Of a DNA stretch of 64,000 bases, positions 46,901-54,048 are shown in pieces (the first letter of the stretch is position 1; each line of letters begins with the position of its first letter). Position numbers and translations under genes: made by a program. A model generated the notes under the pieces. That model had not been told where the DNA came from. It saw nothing but the letters and a program-made list of their open reading frames with translations, and did no database searches. Source of the stretch: Nitrosopumilaceae archaeon (lineage in GTDB: Archaea; Thermoproteota; Nitrososphaeria; Nitrososphaerales; Nitrosopumilaceae); NCBI GenBank assembly GCA_965214835.1, contig CBDCCK010000002.1:1440001-1504000 (forward strand), written 5' to 3'.

Positions 46901-48762
46901 TGGCAGTCTTTACGATGGGAGGCCGGATCTACGCCGCAGTGACCTCCTTTGCCGACGACGGCCTCCAGATTGTAGATGTTACGGATCCCGCCAGTCCTGT
47001 CGCCGCCGGCAGCCTGGAGGATACGGGCTCCCTGAGGCTTGCAGGCGCCACCGGCGTGGCCGTCTTTACGATAGGAGGCAACACCTACGCCGCAGTGACC
47101 GCCGAGTACGATGACGGCCTCCAGCTGGTGAGGCTGGAGGCCGCATCCGGCATCTCGCAGTTCATATCACTTGTAGGAGACAACCCGCTTATACACGAGC
47201 TGGGCACCCCGTACGTCGATCCGGGCGCCACGACGGACGACGGCTCGCCGGTCACTGTGGATTACTCGCAGGTCGACGTCGGCGTGCACGGGGACTATCA
47301 GGTGATCTACACTGCCATTGGCGGCGGTGGCAGCACGGAAACGGCGATCAGGATAGTGCAGGTGCGCGACACCCTGCCGCCGGCCTTTGCATCGGCTACC
47401 CTGGACGAGGGCACGGGGGCCATGGCCATAACCTTCAGCGAGGCCGTCGACATATCGGCTGCAAACCTCTCACTGCTGCATGTCAGTGATGTAAACCAGG
47501 CAGATGCGGTCTCGCTGGGCGGTGCCGCATTTGACTTTGGATCTGCTGACGTCGAGACCCTCTCGCTTATCCTCCTTCGGGCCCAGCTGGACGGGATAAT
47601 CCCGATGGGAACCCCGCAGCTTGACATTTCTGCGGGCGCCGTATCTGATATATTCGGCAACCGGATAGGTGGCTCGCCGGACAACCCGATCACGATCCCG
47701 GGCCGTATCCAGACCGATGACGACACCGATGGCGACACAGTCCCGCCGACCGGCCGCAGCAGCGGAGTCGGAGGCGGCGGGGGAGGAGGCGGAGGCGGCC
47801 GCACCGGCATCGGGACCACACTGCCCGGTGCGGAGGCGGCGTACATAGCCTCCATATCATGGGACTGCGCGGTCGGATTCGTAACGATCGCCGCCGGGCC
47901 CGCATCCGATGATCTTGCCGTCTCTGTTCGCACCACGGAGCACAGCGTCACTAGGACTACGGGGGCAGGCCAGACGCCGGAGGGATTTGCCGTGTTTAAG
48001 GCGCCGATGCACGAGAGCGAGTCATACATCGGCGTCAGCGCAATCCTGCATTCCGGAAGCAGCGTAAGCTCCGACTATGAATCGGTAAACGTCGATGCCT
48101 GTGCCGGCAAGCGCACATACGATGTTCCGGTGTACATACCTGCAAGCACGGTTACGCAGACAGCAGGCGGGCCGGGCGATGCGGCGGTTCTGCCGCCCGT
48201 AACGCCGGAGCCTCCCGCCCCGATGCTGCCCGAGCCCGAGCCCGAGCCCGAGCCGCCCGTAACGCCGGAGCCTCCCGCCCCGATGCTGCCCGAGCCCGAG
48301 CCCGAGCCCGAGCCGCCCGTAACGCCAGAGCCTCCCGCCCCGGTGCAGCCCGAGCCCGAGCCCGAGCCGCAGGCAGCCTCGGAGCCCGGCGGCGCGTGCC
48401 TGATAGCGACTGCCGCATACGGGACCGAGCTGGCTCCGCAGGTGCAGGCACTCAGGGAGATACGCGACGGTGCGCTTCTCTCGACTGGCTCGGGATCCTC
48501 CTTTGTCGCCGGGTTCAACACTGTATACTATTCGTTCTCGCCTGCAGTAGCCGACCTGGAGCGCCAGAACCCGGCATTTCGCGAGGCCGTAAGGATTGCC
48601 ATATATCCGATGATCTCGACGCTGTCGATAATGTCGCTTGCAGAGGAGGGCTCGGAGGCCTCGGTGCTGGCGCTGGGCGCCTCGGTCATCGCCCTCAATA
48701 TCGGCATGTATGCAGCAGCCCCTGCCGCCGTCATCGTGGCTGCCCGGCGGCTGCGGGGCTGA
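34981..48762 (+). CDS. Giant (4593 aa) surface protein with LVIVD-repeat beta-propellers, Ig/cadherin-like modules and CFI-box-like C-terminal anchor
   Basis: Signal-like N-terminus (start codon uncertain), 49 GLQIV(D/N)V repeats, YTP..DY.GTDTF.Y Ig modules, Gly and Pro/Glu linkers, CLIATAAYG motif and a terminal TM helix. Confidence 0.9.
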   Translation: MVFVAAAVLGLAAAGALQEGAYAQQSEIEVVAVGQLGDDPSRLLNGARGVDVFTIDGNTYAAVTSEVEGGLQIVDVTNPTSPTPISSLRDDGATTELGGAYNVDVFTIDGNTYAAVASGGDDGLQIVDVTTPSNPAASGSLGNSNTLELNNPRGVDVFKIGGNTYAAVASRDDDGLQIVNVTNPASLTAAGNLDDDNSLRLGRAVDVAVFEIGGNTYAVVASSSGNGLQIVNVSDPDNPDPTSNLGDNNSRLLRGANAVDVFAIGASTYAAVTSLNESGLQIVNVTNPAQPRPVGNLGDTKDADGLRLEGAFDVDVFAIGASTYAAVTSFNDDGLQIVNVTDPANPTAAGNLGDGGSRELDGASGVSVFKIGTNTYAAVAAFEDDGLQLVRLGADTEAPNSPPVAPDEAETTVEDTPVTITPAISDPDTSDTPVISAVDDPPNGTATHDGTAITYTPDQDYDGTDTFGYTVSDGTDTAQGTVTITITRDNNDPVLGTIGDQNATPDTQLTITPTVTDTDTTDTHTYSISRGTLPAAAVFSTSDGTLIWTPVQADAGQTHEVTITVNDGRGGTDSETFDIAVADTDPNTIEITPTGNLGYADGTILLFTASGVDVFTINGNTYAAVASTDDSGLQIVDVTNPASPAASGNLEDGGSRRLSGAAAVETFMIDTNTYAVVVSSLDDGLQIVDVTNPASPAAAGGLGDNSTLLLSGTPGVDVFTIGTNTYAAVASTDENGLQIVDVTDPDRPAAAGSLEDTTSIRLSGAQDVETFTIGTNTYAAVASFKEGLQIVNVTNPANPAAAGGLGDNSTLLLNGASGVDVFEIGTNTYAAVASRTDDGLQIVNISNPDNLTAAGSLGNNGSRELNGARYIDTFMIGDNTYVIIAARDDNGLQIVNVTNPASPADAGRLADNNDLLLDGASDVAVFTIGTNTYAAVAAYDDNGLQLVRLGAEAETPNSPPVAPDETATTAEDTPVTITPAISDLDTSDTLVISAVSNPPNGAATHDDDTITYTPDTDYDGTDAFTYTVSDGTDTAQGTITVTITRDNNDPVLGTIGDQNATPDVQLTITPTVTDADTTDTHRYSISRGTLPAAAAFNTSDGSLVWTPVQADAGQTHTVTITVSDGRGGTDSETFDIVVASLDLIDVTPVGNLKDDGSRLLDTSSGVAVFETTDDGNARAYAAVTSFTEGLQIVNVTNPAQPMAVGNLEDTEGQDELLLDGAFGVDVFTIGSKAYAAVTSGLDEGIQIVDITDPTSPNPVGNLNDTDSLLLGGAHDVDVFTIGGSTYAAVINTFDDDNGLQIVNVTNPADPRAAGNLEDDNDLLLADSQHVDVFTIGTKTYAAVASETDNGLQIVDVSDPAAPAAAGNLGDDGSRRLGGAHGVDVFTIGHRTYAAVTSGGDDGLQIVDVTDPAAPAAAGNLGDDNSLKLGNAYGVSVFEMGGSTYAAVASFGDDGLQIVNISDPDNPEAAGQLEDTSDLLLATAFDVEVFTIGAATYAVATARDDHGIQIVRLDAADATNAPPVAPAETATTPEDTPVTVTPAISDPNVSDTPVISAVVDPPNGTAIHDDTTITYTPDQDYEGTDTFGYTVSDGTDTAQGTITITVTRDNNDPVLGTIGDRTVVAGVQLSITPSVTDADTTDTHTYSIKRGTLPAFAAFSTSDGTLVWRTTPSDGGETHKVTITVSDGRGGTDKETFDIVVTPADPIVVTPVGSLGDSSTLELDNARNVDIFTIGTKTYAVVVSNADDGLQIVDVTDPDNPAAAGKLEDTEPDGLLLDGAYNVDVFTTGGKTYAAIAASYSDHGLQVVDVTDPDNPAAAGNLEDNEDADELLLRGAQGVDVFTIGAKTYAVVAANADDGLQIVDLTNPASPTAVGKMHNTTAPLLDGIYDVSAFTIDSNTYAAVASFTRNGLQIVDLTNPANPTAAGNLVDDGSRELDGARGVDIFTIDSNTYAAVASIDDDGLQIVNVTDPDNPTAAGNLVDDGSRELDGASDVDIFTIDSNTYAAVASQHDDGLQIVNVTDPDNPTAAGKLGDGGSRELNGAHGVSVFTIGTKTYAAVASYLDDGLQIVELSVTDDVRPEFASATLDVDLGVMTVTFSETVDVSATSLSLLYVSDTNETNTVSLAGADFDDAAADSDTIQIDLASSQRAAIDLMTAPQLDIAAGAVSDLSRNLIDAAADNTITTASPDSPIPSGRLPDSASLILEKSRSVDTFTIGSNVYAVAVSNAEDGFQIVDISRPDKPRGLGNLVDSNLPQRLLDGARGVATFTAGGKTYAAIASHADDGIQVFSVSDLAHPQSAGRLEDNGFRLLDGATGVTTFTIGSNTYAAVTSQHDGGLQLVNVTDPSSLTAPGRLEDGGSRLLADTSSVDTFKRGGSTYAVVASWGDDGLEIIDVSNPSSPAETGRLADDSDMLLRGIRAVDAFEAGGSAYVAVASHGENGLQIVDVSDPANPSPAGKLADGGDRLLGGASGVEIFWVGQAVYAAVASQSDDGLQIVDVSDQDNPAEAGSLRDGPRLSLDAARDLSVFTRGGAQYAVVASDTEGLQIVKLAESTRPAFASATLDRNTGAMAITFADVIDVSETDLSKLYISDISETNAVSLGGAGFDDTAADSDTIRLRLTGPQLAGIAPIVTVQLDIAADAVSDLSGGHIRDSPDNPITTASPDSPIFSGMLPDNTQLLLGGAYGVDVFTIDANTYAVVASSDENGLQIVNITDPDNPTAAGRLADATDLLLDGANAVAAFRIDSSTYAAVPSGSEGGLQIVDITDPDNPTAAGNLEDTEPANPGEDELLLGGAGGVEIFQVGSDVYAAVTSNTEGGLQIVNVTDPDNPTAAGQLADATDLLLDAPLGVDVFLIGGKIYATMTSTSNGKAGLQIIDITDPDNPTAAGQLADANNLLLEGTIGVDVFMIGTKTYAAVSSVVEHGLQIIDVSDPDNPAAAGRLADTTDLLLRNAQGVDVFTTEDGTYAAVTSEFGGLQIIDVSDPDNPAAAGQIADDTDLLLRVTYDVAVFLNGGDTYAVVTTDMEGLQIVKLAEVTDATDETRPSFESATLDEGTGAMTITFDETIDISATNLSLLYVSDVNQADTVPLTGAAFDFGSADVETLSLTLVDSQIQQVIPMGTPQLDITAGAVSDILGNQIADSPDNPITLTADDTRPSFESATLDEGTGAMTITFDETIDISATNLSLLYVSDVNQADTVPLTGAAFDFGSADVETLSLTLVQAQLDEIVPMGTPQLDITAGAVSDILGNQIADSPDNPITLTADDTRPSFESATLDEGTGAMTITFDETIDISATNLSLLYVSDVNQADTVPLIGAAFDFGSADVETLSLTLVQTQLDEIVPMGTPQLDITAGAVSDILGNQIADSPDNPITLTADDTRPSFESATLDEGTGAMTITFDETIDISATNLSLLYVSDVNQADTVPLIGAAFDFGSADVETLSLTLVQTQLDEIVPMGTPQLDISAGAVSDIFGNQIADSPDNPITVTGTTSNSPPLAPAESVTTQEDVPITITPAISDPDTSDTPIISAVDNPPNGTATHDDATITYTPNQDFDGTDTFGYTVSDGTDSVQGTITVTVTRDNNNPVLGTIGDRAAEPDVQLTITPTVTDADTTDTHTYSITRGTLPAAAAFNTTDGTLVWTPVQADAGQTHTVTIMVDDGRGGTDSQTFEIVVADGDAVTLTPVGSIGNGPQLLLDLPRGVDVFTIGGNTYAAVASSVDDGLQIIDVTDPASPTPVENLRDTDSLLLDGARAVDIFTIGGRTYAAVASTADDGLQIIDVTDPANPTPVGSLGDAVDAETEGAVVGQLLLDGARDVDIFTIGGRTYAAVASSVDNGLQIIDITDPASPAAAGQLEDTEDSDELLLDGAQGVAVFTIGNRTYAAVASFADDGLQLVDVTDPASPVAAGSLEDTGSTELDGASDVAVFTIGGNTYAAVASASGDDGLQIVDVTDPARPVAAGSIADGDSLLLLTARDVAVFTMGGRIYAAVTSFADDGLQIVDVTDPASPVAAGSLEDTGSLRLAGATGVAVFTIGGNTYAAVTAEYDDGLQLVRLEAASGISQFISLVGDNPLIHELGTPYVDPGATTDDGSPVTVDYSQVDVGVHGDYQVIYTAIGGGGSTETAIRIVQVRDTLPPAFASATLDEGTGAMAITFSEAVDISAANLSLLHVSDVNQADAVSLGGAAFDFGSADVETLSLILLRAQLDGIIPMGTPQLDISAGAVSDIFGNRIGGSPDNPITIPGRIQTDDDTDGDTVPPTGRSSGVGGGGGGGGGGRTGIGTTLPGAEAAYIASISWDCAVGFVTIAAGPASDDLAVSVRTTEHSVTRTTGAGQTPEGFAVFKAPMHESESYIGVSAILHSGSSVSSDYESVNVDACAGKRTYDVPVYIPASTVTQTAGGPGDAAVLPPVTPEPPAPMLPEPEPEPEPPVTPEPPAPMLPEPEPEPEPPVTPEPPAPVQPEPEPEPQAASEPGGACLIATAAYGTELAPQVQALREIRDGALLSTGSGSSFVAGFNTVYYSFSPAVADLERQNPAFREAVRIAIYPMISTLSIMSLAEEGSEASVLALGASVIALNIGMYAAAPAAVIVAARRLRG
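44104..45433 (+). repeat. Four near-identical 336-bp (112-aa) tandem domain repeats
   Basis: ACAAGGCCCTCCTTTGAG recurs at 44104, 44440, 44776 and 45112. Confidence 0.95.
48192..48369 (+). repeat. Three 60-bp Pro/Glu linker repeats
   Basis: PPVTPEPPAPMLPEPEPEPE x3 (third unit slightly variant). Confidence 0.9.
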
Positions 48763-48932
48763 GACGCAGTATCTGCCGGGCGTCTCTTGCCATACCAAGT
48801 CTGGCACGGTCGCGTGGGCAGAATCAGACCGGGACAAATGCGCCCGGATCAGATGCCAGAGGGCAGGTTCGGCTTTTGAGGTAGCTGATCAAGATCCAAG
48901 CAGGAGCGGACTCGCAAATCCCGCCTGCCTTC

Positions 48933-49754
48933 TCATCTTGCTTTTGTAAAGATATACGGCGTATCCCTTTGCTGATCCATCGTCCAGCATGTCGGCAGCA
49001 CGACTACGCCTTTCACATCAAGGCCTGCCTCGTCTATGACAAAGCCCCACCCCCACTTTTCTTTATTTGAGAACCTCTTTAACTGAAAGCTTCCCATGAA
49101 GACAAACGCAGACTCGCCCCTGAGCCTCTCATGGGAAAAAATCCTTGCAACGATGCTCTTTGCAAGCATCTCCCCCATCTCGGGCAGCCCGCCTATGAAG
49201 AATGCCGGCCTTGTCAGTCCCAGGGAGGCATACTCAAACTCGTTTGCGTCGGCATGCCTTACGCCAAACCTTACGCCAGAGTCCTGTGCGATTCGCTCCT
49301 GCAGCTCAGACAGGCTCCGGTCGATCTCTATCCCATACGAGTCCAGCCCGACGACCTGTCCGCAGTATGCAATCCGCCCGTCCCCGGAGCCGACATCGAC
49401 GATCTGCTCCATCCCAAGCCTCCTTGACTCTAGCGCAACCTCGCATGCAGAAAGGATCCATGTCGGATAAAACGGCTGGTTGCTCACGTCGTGCTTTGTA
49501 CTGCTGATCCAGTACTCGTTAATGTCCCCCTCGTACACCGTGCAGGGAACCCCCAGGATTTCCATCTCATACGAGTTGTAGTAGATGGGGTTATTTCTGG
49601 CAAAGTCGTGCAGCTTTTCCAAAATGGAGTCGTCAATCGGAATCAGCTCCGAGGACGCCCTTGGAATCGCCTCGCGTATGTGGCCGTTGCCATCGTACTT
49701 TTTTACAAACTCGGCCTTCAGTCTTGAGGCCGGGCTGTCCTTGGGATTCTCCAT
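48933..49754 (-). CDS. SAM-dependent methyltransferase-like protein
   Basis: VDVGSGDGR and GIEID motifs. Confidence 0.75.
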   Translation of the reverse strand: MENPKDSPASRLKAEFVKKYDGNGHIREAIPRASSELIPIDDSILEKLHDFARNNPIYYNSYEMEILGVPCTVYEGDINEYWISSTKHDVSNQPFYPTWILSACEVALESRRLGMEQIVDVGSGDGRIAYCGQVVGLDSYGIEIDRSLSELQERIAQDSGVRFGVRHADANEFEYASLGLTRPAFFIGGLPEMGEMLAKSIVARIFSHERLRGESAFVFMGSFQLKRFSNKEKWGWGFVIDEAGLDVKGVVVLPTCWTMDQQRDTPYIFTKAR

Positions 49755-49763
49755 GAGGCATCC

Positions 49764-52079
49764 CTACTCCAGGTTGTGCATAGACTGCAGATCCCTCTTG
49801 AGCTCCGCGAGGGCCTGGGGAACCTCGACTGCTATGGGGTCGCGCAGTGACAGCCCACCCGCCTTTTTGTCGTTCCACACCCTGGAGTTGAACCGGACCA
49901 CCTCCTCTGTCAGCCCCGAGACGTCTTTTGATTCCTCCGCACGTGCCTGCCGCTCCAGGTGGATGCTGCTTTTCGAGTACAGCGTCAGCCAGAGATGCTC
50001 CGTGATAAACGGCGTAATCGGGGCCAGCAGCTTGAGGATCGTAGAGAGCGTCTTGTGCAGCGTGTATATTGCGGCATCGCGCTCCTCCTCTGAGAACCCC
50101 TCCCCGTAGGCGCGCTTTTTGACCATCTCTATATAGTGCGCGGCAAACAGGTTCCGGGTAAACTCCCGTATTGCGACTGCGGGCACGAAAAAGTTGTACT
50201 CGTCATACCCCCTGTTGCACTCCCTGATTAGGCCGTCCAGCTCGGAGAGTATCCACCTGTCTGTGGCCGTCGGGGTCGCCTCCCTGACTACCGGAAAGCC
50301 AGACAGGAGCCTCGAGACGTTCCACAGCTTGCTCAGGAACTTCCTGGCCGACCTTATCTTCTCCTCGCTGCACCTAAAGTCGTATCCGTGGTTGACCTCG
50401 CTTGCGCTCCAGAACCTGAACGCGTCTGCCCCGTTTTGCTCAATCACCGGCAGGGGATCGATGGCATTTCCCCTGCTCTTGCTCATCTTCATCCCCCTCT
50501 CGTCAAGCCCGTATCCCATGATCCACGCCTCGTCCCACGGCCTTTTGGATGTCAGCTGGGCGCACCTTAGGAGCGTATAGTACAGCCATGTCCTGACTAT
50601 GTCCTTTGCCTGCGGCCTGATTGATGCCGGGTATACCTTCCCAAAGAACTCCATGTCCCTGCCATACCTTGAGACGAAGAGCGGGGATACGCTGGAATCC
50701 ATCCACGTGTCAAAGGTTCTCTCCTCCCCGGCAAACTCTGCGGCGCCGCACTTTGCACACCCGTCAAGCGGACACCTTTCCTTCCAGGGCCGGTAGTACC
50801 TTCCCGGCTCCGGTACGTGCGGATGGCCGCATCCCTTGCAGTACCAGATGGGAATCTCCGTTCCATAGTACCTCCTCCTGGAAATCGGCCAGTCGATGGA
50901 AATCGAATCCAGCCAGTTCATCAGGATCTGCCTGTGCATCTGCGGATAAAACGTGATTTGCAGGCCCAGCTCCCGCACCATTTCAACGGAGTCCCTCTGC
51001 TTGAGGTAGTACTCCTCCATCGGGATTATCTCGATTGGGGTCTTGCTTCTCTCTGATACCGGCGTCCTGTGGGAGATCTCCTCGATCTTCTCGACAAAGC
51101 CGCCTGCCTCCAGATCACCGATGATCCTCTCCCTTGCCTGCCTTGGTCTGAGTCCCTCATAGTCTCCGGCGGCCTCCGTCATTTTGCCGTCCAGGCCGAT
51201 GGCCACGACCTCCTCTAGATTCATCTCCCTGAACAGCGCGACGTCGTTCTGATCGCCGTAGCTGCAGACCATTACGGCCCCGGATCCAAAGTCCTGCCGC
51301 GCCGAGTGGTGCGCCCTGATCTCCACCTCCGCGCCGGTAACGGGGACTATTGCCCTGCATCCGACAAGCGCGGCGTACCTCTGATCCTCCGGGTTGACAA
51401 TGACTGCCCTGCATGCACAGAGCAGCTCCGGCCTCGTGCTTGCGATGATGATCTCCCCGCCCGAGTCCCTGACCTTGAATCTCATGTGGACCAGCCTTGC
51501 AGGCAGATCCTGGTAGGTGATCTCTGCGTCTGCAATGGTCGTTCCAGAGGTCCAGTCGTAGCTGTTCGGCCTGGTGGCCAAGACGATCCTTCCCTCCCTC
51601 CACAGCGTTATGAATGTGGACTGCGTCAGCGCGCGATACTCCTCGGAGTCTGTCCTGTAGTGGCCCTTGAGATCCCCGCTCAGGCCGAGGCGAGTCATGA
51701 TCTGGATCATCTCCTGCTCTAGGTCGTCTAGGGCCTCCCTGCAGAGATCTAGGAACCTTCCCCTCTCTGTCTCCCTCATCCTTATGCCGTGCTTTTTCTC
51801 GGTGTACAACTCCACGGGCAGCCCGTTCCTGTCGATTCCGATCGGAAAGTAGACGTTCTTGCCGCCCATGCGTGCTGTCCGTGCAATCATGTCGATCTGC
51901 GAATAGTGTGCCGCGGCGCCTATGTGCCACGGGCGCCCAGAAGGATACGGCGGGGGCGTGTCTATCGCATAGTTGTCCTCTGCAGGCGTGAACCTGTAGA
52001 GGTCGGACTCTTGCCATCTCCTTAGAACCTGCGCCTCCAGTCCGGGATTCCATGCCTTTTCGGTAATCTTTGGGTCCAT
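49764..52079 (-). CDS. valS: Valine--tRNA ligase
   Basis: DTPPPYPSG, HIG, DWPISRRR, DTWMDSS and KMSKS. Confidence 0.95.
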   Translation of the reverse strand: MDPKITEKAWNPGLEAQVLRRWQESDLYRFTPAEDNYAIDTPPPYPSGRPWHIGAAAHYSQIDMIARTARMGGKNVYFPIGIDRNGLPVELYTEKKHGIRMRETERGRFLDLCREALDDLEQEMIQIMTRLGLSGDLKGHYRTDSEEYRALTQSTFITLWREGRIVLATRPNSYDWTSGTTIADAEITYQDLPARLVHMRFKVRDSGGEIIIASTRPELLCACRAVIVNPEDQRYAALVGCRAIVPVTGAEVEIRAHHSARQDFGSGAVMVCSYGDQNDVALFREMNLEEVVAIGLDGKMTEAAGDYEGLRPRQARERIIGDLEAGGFVEKIEEISHRTPVSERSKTPIEIIPMEEYYLKQRDSVEMVRELGLQITFYPQMHRQILMNWLDSISIDWPISRRRYYGTEIPIWYCKGCGHPHVPEPGRYYRPWKERCPLDGCAKCGAAEFAGEERTFDTWMDSSVSPLFVSRYGRDMEFFGKVYPASIRPQAKDIVRTWLYYTLLRCAQLTSKRPWDEAWIMGYGLDERGMKMSKSRGNAIDPLPVIEQNGADAFRFWSASEVNHGYDFRCSEEKIRSARKFLSKLWNVSRLLSGFPVVREATPTATDRWILSELDGLIRECNRGYDEYNFFVPAVAIREFTRNLFAAHYIEMVKKRAYGEGFSEEERDAAIYTLHKTLSTILKLLAPITPFITEHLWLTLYSKSSIHLERQARAEESKDVSGLTEEVVRFNSRVWNDKKAGGLSLRDPIAVEVPQALAELKRDLQSMHNLE

Positions 52080-52082
52080 CTT

Positions 52083-52895
52083 CTACTTTCTTGCGACCTT
52101 TGAGATGATGTGCGAGCCCTTGCTGTATCCCTCGTAGATGTACACGCCTACTGCCTCCACGTTTGCAGGCAGCATCGGTGATAGTATCTTGATCAGCTCA
52201 GCTGCCAGGCTCTCGACTGTCGCCTCCCCCTCTAGGAGATACGTGGTATGCTTTGGGACCTGCAGGTCAAAGACCCCCTTTGGGCCCTCAAACCCGATCC
52301 TGTAGTGCGAGCCGTCCTCGGATCGGAGGTACCTTTCGTTGATGAAGAACTTGTGATCAAACGTATCGACGGCATCCTTGATGATCCTCTTGGCCTCGCC
52401 AAAGTCTACCAGCAGGTTGTTTCTCATCTGTCCGACCAGCTCCACCATTATTGACGAGGTGTGTCCGTGCAGGATGGAGCACTTTTCTACCAGCGGCAGG
52501 ATGTGCGCATAGTCAAACGCAAACGACGGGTCCTCCAGAAATATCGATCCCGTCTGCGGCGCCTTGTCATAAAATACGATCTCCTCCAGCTCCTTGATCT
52601 GCGCCGCATACTGCGGATGGCCGATTGCCATGATTTTCCGGTCCGGGAACATCTCCTTGATTGCCTTGTACTTTGCAACGTCCCCGTCTCCGTCTATCAC
52701 CTCGATTAGCCCGTCCCCCGTCTTAAAGTCGACCCTGATTTGGGGATCCGTGCTGATCGTGGCGTCGTACTCGTACTCTGTATTCAGAAACGACAGCATC
52801 TGCGCAATCGACAGCTCCGTTCTTGAGCGCATAAGGTTGTTGTTCTTATCCCGGTATCGAAAGTCCGAGTCTACAATGGCGGGACTGGCAGTCAT
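52083..52895 (-). CDS. 6-pyruvoyl-tetrahydropterin synthase/QueD-like protein with extra N-terminal domain
   Basis: FDYAH, CSILHGH, DFGEAK, FDH and TVE motifs. Confidence 0.85.
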   Translation of the reverse strand: MTASPAIVDSDFRYRDKNNNLMRSRTELSIAQMLSFLNTEYEYDATISTDPQIRVDFKTGDGLIEVIDGDGDVAKYKAIKEMFPDRKIMAIGHPQYAAQIKELEEIVFYDKAPQTGSIFLEDPSFAFDYAHILPLVEKCSILHGHTSSIMVELVGQMRNNLLVDFGEAKRIIKDAVDTFDHKFFINERYLRSEDGSHYRIGFEGPKGVFDLQVPKHTTYLLEGEATVESLAAELIKILSPMLPANVEAVGVYIYEGYSKGSHIISKVARK

Positions 52896-52936
52896 TTGGA
52901 GATCCTCCCCGCATTCAATATATAAATTCTGAAGGG

Positions 52937-53212
52937 TTACAGCGAGTTTAGAATCCTTGCAAGGGCGATGTCGTTTTGCGTGATGCCGCCTGCATCGTGC
53001 GTTATCAGGTCTACTGACAGCCTGTTGTACACGTTGAGCCATTCCGGGTGGTGGTTGATCTTCTCAATCTCCATTGCCGCCCTAGTCATGAACCCAAAGG
53101 CCTCGCCAAAGCTGGGAAACTCAAAGTCCTTGTGCAGCCTTCCGTCAACGACTGACCACCCCTCAAGCGAGGGCAGCTCCCCGGCAACCTCCTCCTCTGA
53201 TAGCCTAATCAT
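52937..53212 (-). CDS. phhB: Pterin-4-alpha-carbinolamine dehydratase
   Basis: NHHPEWLNVYN and THDAGGIT. Confidence 0.93.
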   Translation of the reverse strand: MIRLSEEEVAGELPSLEGWSVVDGRLHKDFEFPSFGEAFGFMTRAAMEIEKINHHPEWLNVYNRLSVDLITHDAGGITQNDIALARILNSL

Positions 53213-53274
53213 GACTGCCGATACGCCTGAAGCGTTATAACCATTTGCAATAATTTTAGTAGGGCGGGCCTGCC

Positions 53275-54048
53275 GTGGCTGCTGTGGACTCTGACGTACG
53301 GGCGCTGCTTGAGAGGGCGAGGCAGGCGATCTCGGAGGCGGTTCATCAAAAAAGGATCGGGGTTGCCTTCTCCGGCGGCGTGGACAGCTCCCTTGTAGCA
53401 AAGCTCTGCCATGACATGGGATATGATGTGACCCTGCTGACAGTTGGGTTTGCAGGCTCCCGCGACATCGACTCTGCAAGGGAGGTAAATGGGTATTACG
53501 GATACCCGCACGAGATCCTGGAGATCACGCATGACTCCTTTCGGAGGGTTCTTCCGGAGATCAGGGGGCGCATCCGAACCGACAACCTGTCCTGGATTGA
53601 GAACTCTATTGCGTTTTACTATGTCTCAAGGCTGGCCCGGGGAATCCGGATTGGTACCGTGGTCACCGCAAACGGAATTGACGAGCTGTTCTGCGGATAC
53701 AATGCGTACAGGGACGCCTTTGCAGGCGGCAGGCGGCGCATCATGGAGCTGATCGATGAAAGACTTGAAAACGAGCTCGGAATGTTTGAGGCCATAAATT
53801 CTGCGGCCTCAGAATTCGGGGTCTCCATAATACAGCCGCTGCTCTGCCCGGAGTTTGTAGAGTTTGCAAAGACCGTCCCGGTTGCACAAAAGATTACGGG
53901 CAGCGACGACCTGGTGAGAAAGCACGTGATCAGGCGGCTGGCGTCGCAGTGCGGCGTTCCGCAGGCCGCATGCGAGAGGAGAAAAAAGGCGCTGCAGTAC
54001 GGCTCGAAGATTCACAGGGCCCTGATGAGGTCTAGGAGAATTTCCTAG
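53275..54048 (+). CDS. Asparagine synthase C-terminal-domain protein
   Basis: FSGGVDSS, DELFCGY and RRKKALQYGS. Confidence 0.85.
   Translation: MAAVDSDVRALLERARQAISEAVHQKRIGVAFSGGVDSSLVAKLCHDMGYDVTLLTVGFAGSRDIDSAREVNGYYGYPHEILEITHDSFRRVLPEIRGRIRTDNLSWIENSIAFYYVSRLARGIRIGTVVTANGIDELFCGYNAYRDAFAGGRRRIMELIDERLENELGMFEAINSAASEFGVSIIQPLLCPEFVEFAKTVPVAQKITGSDDLVRKHVIRRLASQCGVPQAACERRKKALQYGSKIHRALMRSRRIS

Noticed and set aside
34981-48762. Diversity-generating retroelement behind the propeller variability
   Set aside because: No reverse transcriptase and no adenine-specific template/variable repeat pair were seen in this window.
35522-48837. Many long antisense ORFs over the giant gene (also over aconitase, valS and purB)
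   Set aside because: Shadow ORFs from GC-rich codon bias and repeats.
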